DNA from: an uncultured Oscillospiraceae bacterium
GTDB taxonomy: Bacteria; Bacillota; Clostridia; Oscillospirales; Acutalibacteraceae
Direction of reading: 5' to 3'
Assembly (NCBI GenBank): GCA_900547095.1
Contig: URFG01000004.1
Location: 16,001 to 80,000, forward strand
DNA length: 64,000 nt
The notes below the pieces were generated by a model. It worked only from the letters and a program-made list of their open reading frames with translations. It searched no databases and was not told the origin of the DNA. The position numbers were made by a program, and so were the translations under genes. This document shows positions 60,357-64,000 of this stretch, piece after piece (within the stretch, counting starts at the first letter, position 1; the number at the start of each line of letters is the position of its first letter).

Positions 60357-62306
60357 TTATTGTTTTTTCAGTTTTTCTATCCTATCGCGCAGAAATGCCG
60401 CCTGCTCAAATTCAAGAATTTTTGCCGCCTGCTTCATTTCCTCGGTCAGGCGCTTGATAAGCGCGTCTTTTTCAGCTTTAGTAAGTTTTTTATCGCTCTT
60501 ATCCTCTTTAACGCCTATCTCTATTATCTCGCGAACATCTTTTTTGATAGTTTTAGGAGTAATACCGTGCTTTTCATTATATTCCTGTTGGATAGACCGT
60601 CTTCTTTCGGTTTCGAAAATTGCTCTTTCCATTGACGGGGTGACGGAATCGGCATACATTATCACCTTACCGTCAGCATTTCTCGCGGCTCTGCCTATAG
60701 TCTGCACAAGCGAGGTTTCGCTGCGCAGAAAGCCCTCTTTATCGGCGTCAAGAATAGCGACAAGCGATACTTCGGGGATATCAAGTCCCTCTCTTAAAAG
60801 GTTTATTCCCACAAGCACATCGAATTCTCCGAGTCTTAAATCCCTGATTATCTGCATTCTTTCGATTGTATCAATATCCGAATGCATATATCTTACTTTT
60901 ATATCGAGATTTTTAAGATAATCCGTAAGATCCTCCGCCATTTTCTTTGTGAGCGTTGTTACAAGAGTGCGCTCGCCCTTTTCGGTTATTAAATTTATTT
61001 CGGACACAAGGTCGTCTATCTGACCTTCGCTCGGTTTAACGGTGACCGGAGGGTCCAAAAGTCCCGTAGGTCTTATTACCTGTTCGACTATCTGCGATGC
61101 TTTCGATTTTTCAAATTCCCCGGGAGTAGCTGAAACAAATACCGCCTGATTAATATGCGAATAGAATTCTTCGAAATTCAGCGGTCTGTTGTCGTAAGCC
61201 GAGGGCAAACGAAATCCGTATTCAACGAGCGTTTCTTTTCTTCCCCTGTCGCCTGCGTACATTCCTCTGACCTGCGGCAGCGTAACGTGTGATTCGTCTA
61301 CAAAAAGCAGAAAATCATCGGGGAAATAATCGAGCAAAGTCGGCGGAGTACTGCCGGGTTTTCTGCCCGACAAAACTCTCGAATAATTTTCTATACCTTT
61401 GCAAACTCCGATCTCGCGGAGCATTTCTATATCATATTCGGTTCTTTGCCTTATTCGCTGAGCTTCAATGAGTTTGCCGCAGTCTGTAAAGAATTTTACC
61501 CTTTCTTCCATTTCATCTTTAATGGAAGAAAGCGCCTTTTCCATTTTTTCGTGCGGTACAATATAATGAGAGGCGGGATAAATTGCAATATGAGAAAGAG
61601 TCTGCTTGACATTTCCGGTGACTGTATTTATTTCAGAAATTCTGTCTATTTCATCGCCGAAAAGCTCTACTCGCACAGCACTTTCATAAGCGTAAGCAGG
61701 ATAAATTTCCACCGTATCCCCTCTTACCCTGAATTTGTTTCGGGTAAAGTTTATATCGTTTCTTTCATACTGCAAATCGACAAGCTTATGAATCAGCTCT
61801 TCTCTTGTTTTTACCATTCCCTGCCTTAACGATATTACCATATTTCTGTAATCTATAGGATCTCCTAAAGAGTAAATACAGGAAACGGAGGCGACTATTA
61901 TAACATCGCGCCTTTCCGACAGCGCACAGGTCGCGCTGTGGCGCAGTTTATCTATCTCATCATTTATAGCAGAATCTTTTTCAATATAGGTATCGGTGCC
62001 GGGAATATAGGCTTCGGGCTGATAATAATCATAGTAAGATACAAAATACTCCACCGCATTTTCGGGAAAGAATTCTTTAAATTCCGAACACAGTTGAGCC
62101 GCAAGAGTTTTGTTATGAGCGAGCACCAGCGTCGGGCGGTTGATATTTGCGATAATATTCGCCATTGTAAAGGTCTTGCCCGAGCCGGTAACACCTAAGA
62201 GTACCTGTTCTCTGTTACCGGCATTTATCCCGGCTGTGAGTTTTTTTATTGCCTCCGGCTGATCACCGGTAGGCTTATATTCAGAATGAAGTATAAATTT
62301 ATCCAA
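60357..62306 (-). CDS. uvrB: Excinuclease ABC subunit B
   Basis: 649 aa. [15 protein letters not shown] Walker A, helicase motifs, C-terminal UVR domain ([21 protein letters not shown]). Confidence 0.95.
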   Translation of the reverse strand: MDKFILHSEYKPTGDQPEAIKKLTAGINAGNREQVLLGVTGSGKTFTMANIIANINRPTLVLAHNKTLAAQLCSEFKEFFPENAVEYFVSYYDYYQPEAYIPGTDTYIEKDSAINDEIDKLRHSATCALSERRDVIIVASVSCIYSLGDPIDYRNMVISLRQGMVKTREELIHKLVDLQYERNDINFTRNKFRVRGDTVEIYPAYAYESAVRVELFGDEIDRISEINTVTGNVKQTLSHIAIYPASHYIVPHEKMEKALSSIKDEMEERVKFFTDCGKLIEAQRIRQRTEYDIEMLREIGVCKGIENYSRVLSGRKPGSTPPTLLDYFPDDFLLFVDESHVTLPQVRGMYAGDRGRKETLVEYGFRLPSAYDNRPLNFEEFYSHINQAVFVSATPGEFEKSKASQIVEQVIRPTGLLDPPVTVKPSEGQIDDLVSEINLITEKGERTLVTTLTKKMAEDLTDYLKNLDIKVRYMHSDIDTIERMQIIRDLRLGEFDVLVGINLLREGLDIPEVSLVAILDADKEGFLRSETSLVQTIGRAARNADGKVIMYADSVTPSMERAIFETERRRSIQQEYNEKHGITPKTIKKDVREIIEIGVKEDKSDKKLTKAEKDALIKRLTEEMKQAAKILEFEQAAFLRDRIEKLKKQ

Positions 62307-62394
62307 AGCTTTTTTACCCCGAAAATTTCTAATGTATCTATATTATACCATAATTTTCGGCAAAGTAAACACCAAAAAACATTTGTTTGTTTTC

Positions 62395-62423
62395 TTGACA
62401 AATACTTTTTTATGGTGTATTAT
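62395..62423 (+). promoter_or_regulatory. Sigma-A-type promoter (-35 TTGACA / 17 nt / -10 TATTAT) upstream of tRNA-Pro
   Basis: Read directly from the sequence. Confidence 0.5.
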
Positions 62424-62551
62424 AGATAAGCTGTTGTAAGCTTATTTATGTGGTGCGGCGTGCAGGTTTTGACTATTTATTTTTCCGTCGATTTGTGTTA
62501 TAATAGGCTGGCGACCACATAGTATCCCACAGATAAAAAAATTAAATATTT

Positions 62552-62627
62552 CGGGGTGTAGCGCAGTTGGTAGCGCGCCAGTTTTGGGAACTGGATGTCG
62601 CAGGTTCGAGCCCTGTCACCCCGACCA
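62552..62627 (+). tRNA. tRNA-Pro (anticodon UGG)
   Basis: Cloverleaf folded by hand. Acceptor stem CGGGGUG/CACCCCG, D-arm GCGCAGUUGGUAGCGC, anticodon loop UUUGGGA (U33, UGG, G37), T-arm GGTTCGAGCCC, encoded CCA. Confidence 0.9.
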
Positions 62628-62628
62628 A

Positions 62629-62667
62629 AAACCGGCAAGCACCGTAAGATGTTTGCCGGTTTTTTCT
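62629..62667 (+). terminator. Rho-independent terminator after tRNA-Pro
   Basis: ACCGGCAA...TTGCCGGT stem followed by a T-run. Confidence 0.75.
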
Positions 62668-63026
62668 TAGCTATAATTTACAGACGCTTTAAATTTTTTT
62701 AAAATTCGAGGTGCTTTTTAGTCAATATAATCAGCAATATCTTATGGAGGAAAATGACGATATTGCAACGATTTCGGTGCATAAAGATGATATGGAAGTT
62801 GTGCCTATAATGCACGCCATTATTAACGAACAAATAAAAGCTAAATTCGGTGATTAAATTTTGTGTATTCTCTTGAAATGCCTACAACCTATGTTGTATT
62901 AAACCCTTAAAATTCAGATTGACAAATTAAGTTACGCTTTATATAATTACACCGTTAATATTTTTTTCACTTAAAAAGGAGAAACCTTATGAGTTACAAA
63001 GTTTAATATAAAGTTAAAGATATAAT

Positions 63027-64000
63027 GCAAACGGCTCCGCTCGGTTCCTGCTTTTTAGAGGGTGAAATAGGCGCCCGCTTTGACCGATTTATCTATGAGC
63101 GAATAAGCAGTAACTTTGCAATTGAGGAAATTCTTCGTGAAGCCGAAGATTTTTTTGCCACGCAGTATGACGATATATACACCTTTGGCTCCTGGCGCAG
63201 CGAATTTTGGGGCAAGCTCATGCTAAGCGCTGTGAGATGCTGCAGATATAAAAACGACGAAAAATTAAAAGAATCTCTTAAAAGATCGTGCTATAAAATA
63301 CTCTCGTTGCAGCGAAAAGACGGTTACCTTTCTACATACAGAAATTCGGATAATATATATCCTTTTGACGCTAAAAAATCCGCTCTTTACTCCGGTTGGG
63401 AAAATGACTACTGCTGGAATATCTGGGGTATGAAATACACCCTGTGGGGTTTGGTCGAAGCCTATGATTATCTTGATGAAGAGCAAATTTTGTCCGGCGC
63501 AGTAAAACTTGCGGATTGGATAATTGCTAAGTTTGAAGCAGACGGAAAGCGGGTTAAAGACAGCGGCGTTATGGACGGTCTTTCGTCATGCTCAATTCTT
63601 AAACCTATGCTTATTCTTTACAAAATCACAGCCGATGATAAATACTTGAAATTCGGTCAAGATATAGTTAAAGAATGGTCTCGCGATGATAATGAAAGAC
63701 CGAATCTTTTATACAACGCTCTTTCAAAAAAACCTGTTGCCGAATGGTATGATATTAACGACGGCTGGCTGCCCAAAGCTTATGAAATGACGAGCTGCTT
63801 TGACGGTATTCTTGAGTTATACCGTTTGACCGGCGACAGAATTTTGCTCGAAGCATCCGAATCTTTTTACGAAACTCTCGTCAAATATGAATCTAACATT
63901 TTAGGCTCGGTCGGATATTGCGAAAGATATCATAATGCGTCAGATTATGCCGACGCCGCAACCGAAGTTTGCGATGTAATTCATTGGATGCGTTTGTGCC
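63027..64000 (+). CDS. Putative (alpha/alpha)6-barrel-type glycoside hydrolase (GH127/GH105-like), N-terminal ~324 aa; continues past window end
   Basis: Open frame from ATG 63027 to the window edge (MQTAPLGSCFLEGEIGARFDRFIYERISSNF...). Absent from the ORF track because it has no in-window stop. Family call is tentative (W/Y-rich sugar-binding segments). Confidence 0.35.

Noticed and set aside
62743-62856. 37-aa ORF MEENDDIATISVHKDDMEVVPIMHAIINEQIKAKFGD downstream of tRNA-Pro
   Set aside because: No convincing Shine-Dalgarno at correct spacing; GGAGG lies inside the ORF. Could be real but unsupported.

Overview
Low-GC Firmicutes/Clostridia-like chromosome segment, almost all coding. (1) 1-19.4 kb: one long minus-strand glycan operon that continues past the window start. 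It contains NeuA-like and NeuC-like nonulosonic-acid genes, two DegT-family aminotransferases, a FemAB-like transferase, two FrhB-like/pyruvyltransferase pairs flanking a MurJ/Wzx-type flippase, a Wzy-like polymerase, two GT4 glycosyltransferases, a hexapeptide acetyltransferase, WecB and WecC (UDP-ManNAcA), a PglC-like initiating phosphoglycosyltransferase, and one unassigned ORF that is a candidate nonulosonic-acid transferase. Its 5' control region is bracketed by three copies of a 15-17 bp motif, one inverted, so it may be an invertible or operator-controlled switch. (2) 19.7-27.3 kb: CE4 deacetylase, VanZ, M23 peptidase, FtsX, FtsE, a PucR-family regulator, a TfoX_N protein and TetR. (3) 27.4-37 kb: PFOR, then a purine-riboswitch-controlled xpt plus BMP-type nucleoside ABC transporter operon. 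(4) 37-52 kb: L-serine dehydratase beta subunit with a truncated alpha subunit, an FAD-dependent oxidoreductase, enolase, rlmB, a 932-aa acidic/membrane protein, metG, tatD, a tiny N/K/Q-rich ORF, and potABCD with a long leader. (5) 51.85-56.8 kb: the sigma-E-type sporulation regulator spoIIID. Its first ~38 codons and -10 element are duplicated as ~152-bp direct repeats flanking a ~4.5 kb inserted island that carries a DUF4143 AAA+ ATPase and an MmeI-family Type IIL restriction-modification enzyme. The native sigma-E promoter sits with the truncated, frameshifted copy. (6) 56.9-64 kb: DUF1003 protein, uvrA, uvrB, tRNA-Pro(UGG), and a partial glycoside-hydrolase-like ORF not in the ORF track. 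No CRISPR array, transposase or recombinase was seen.
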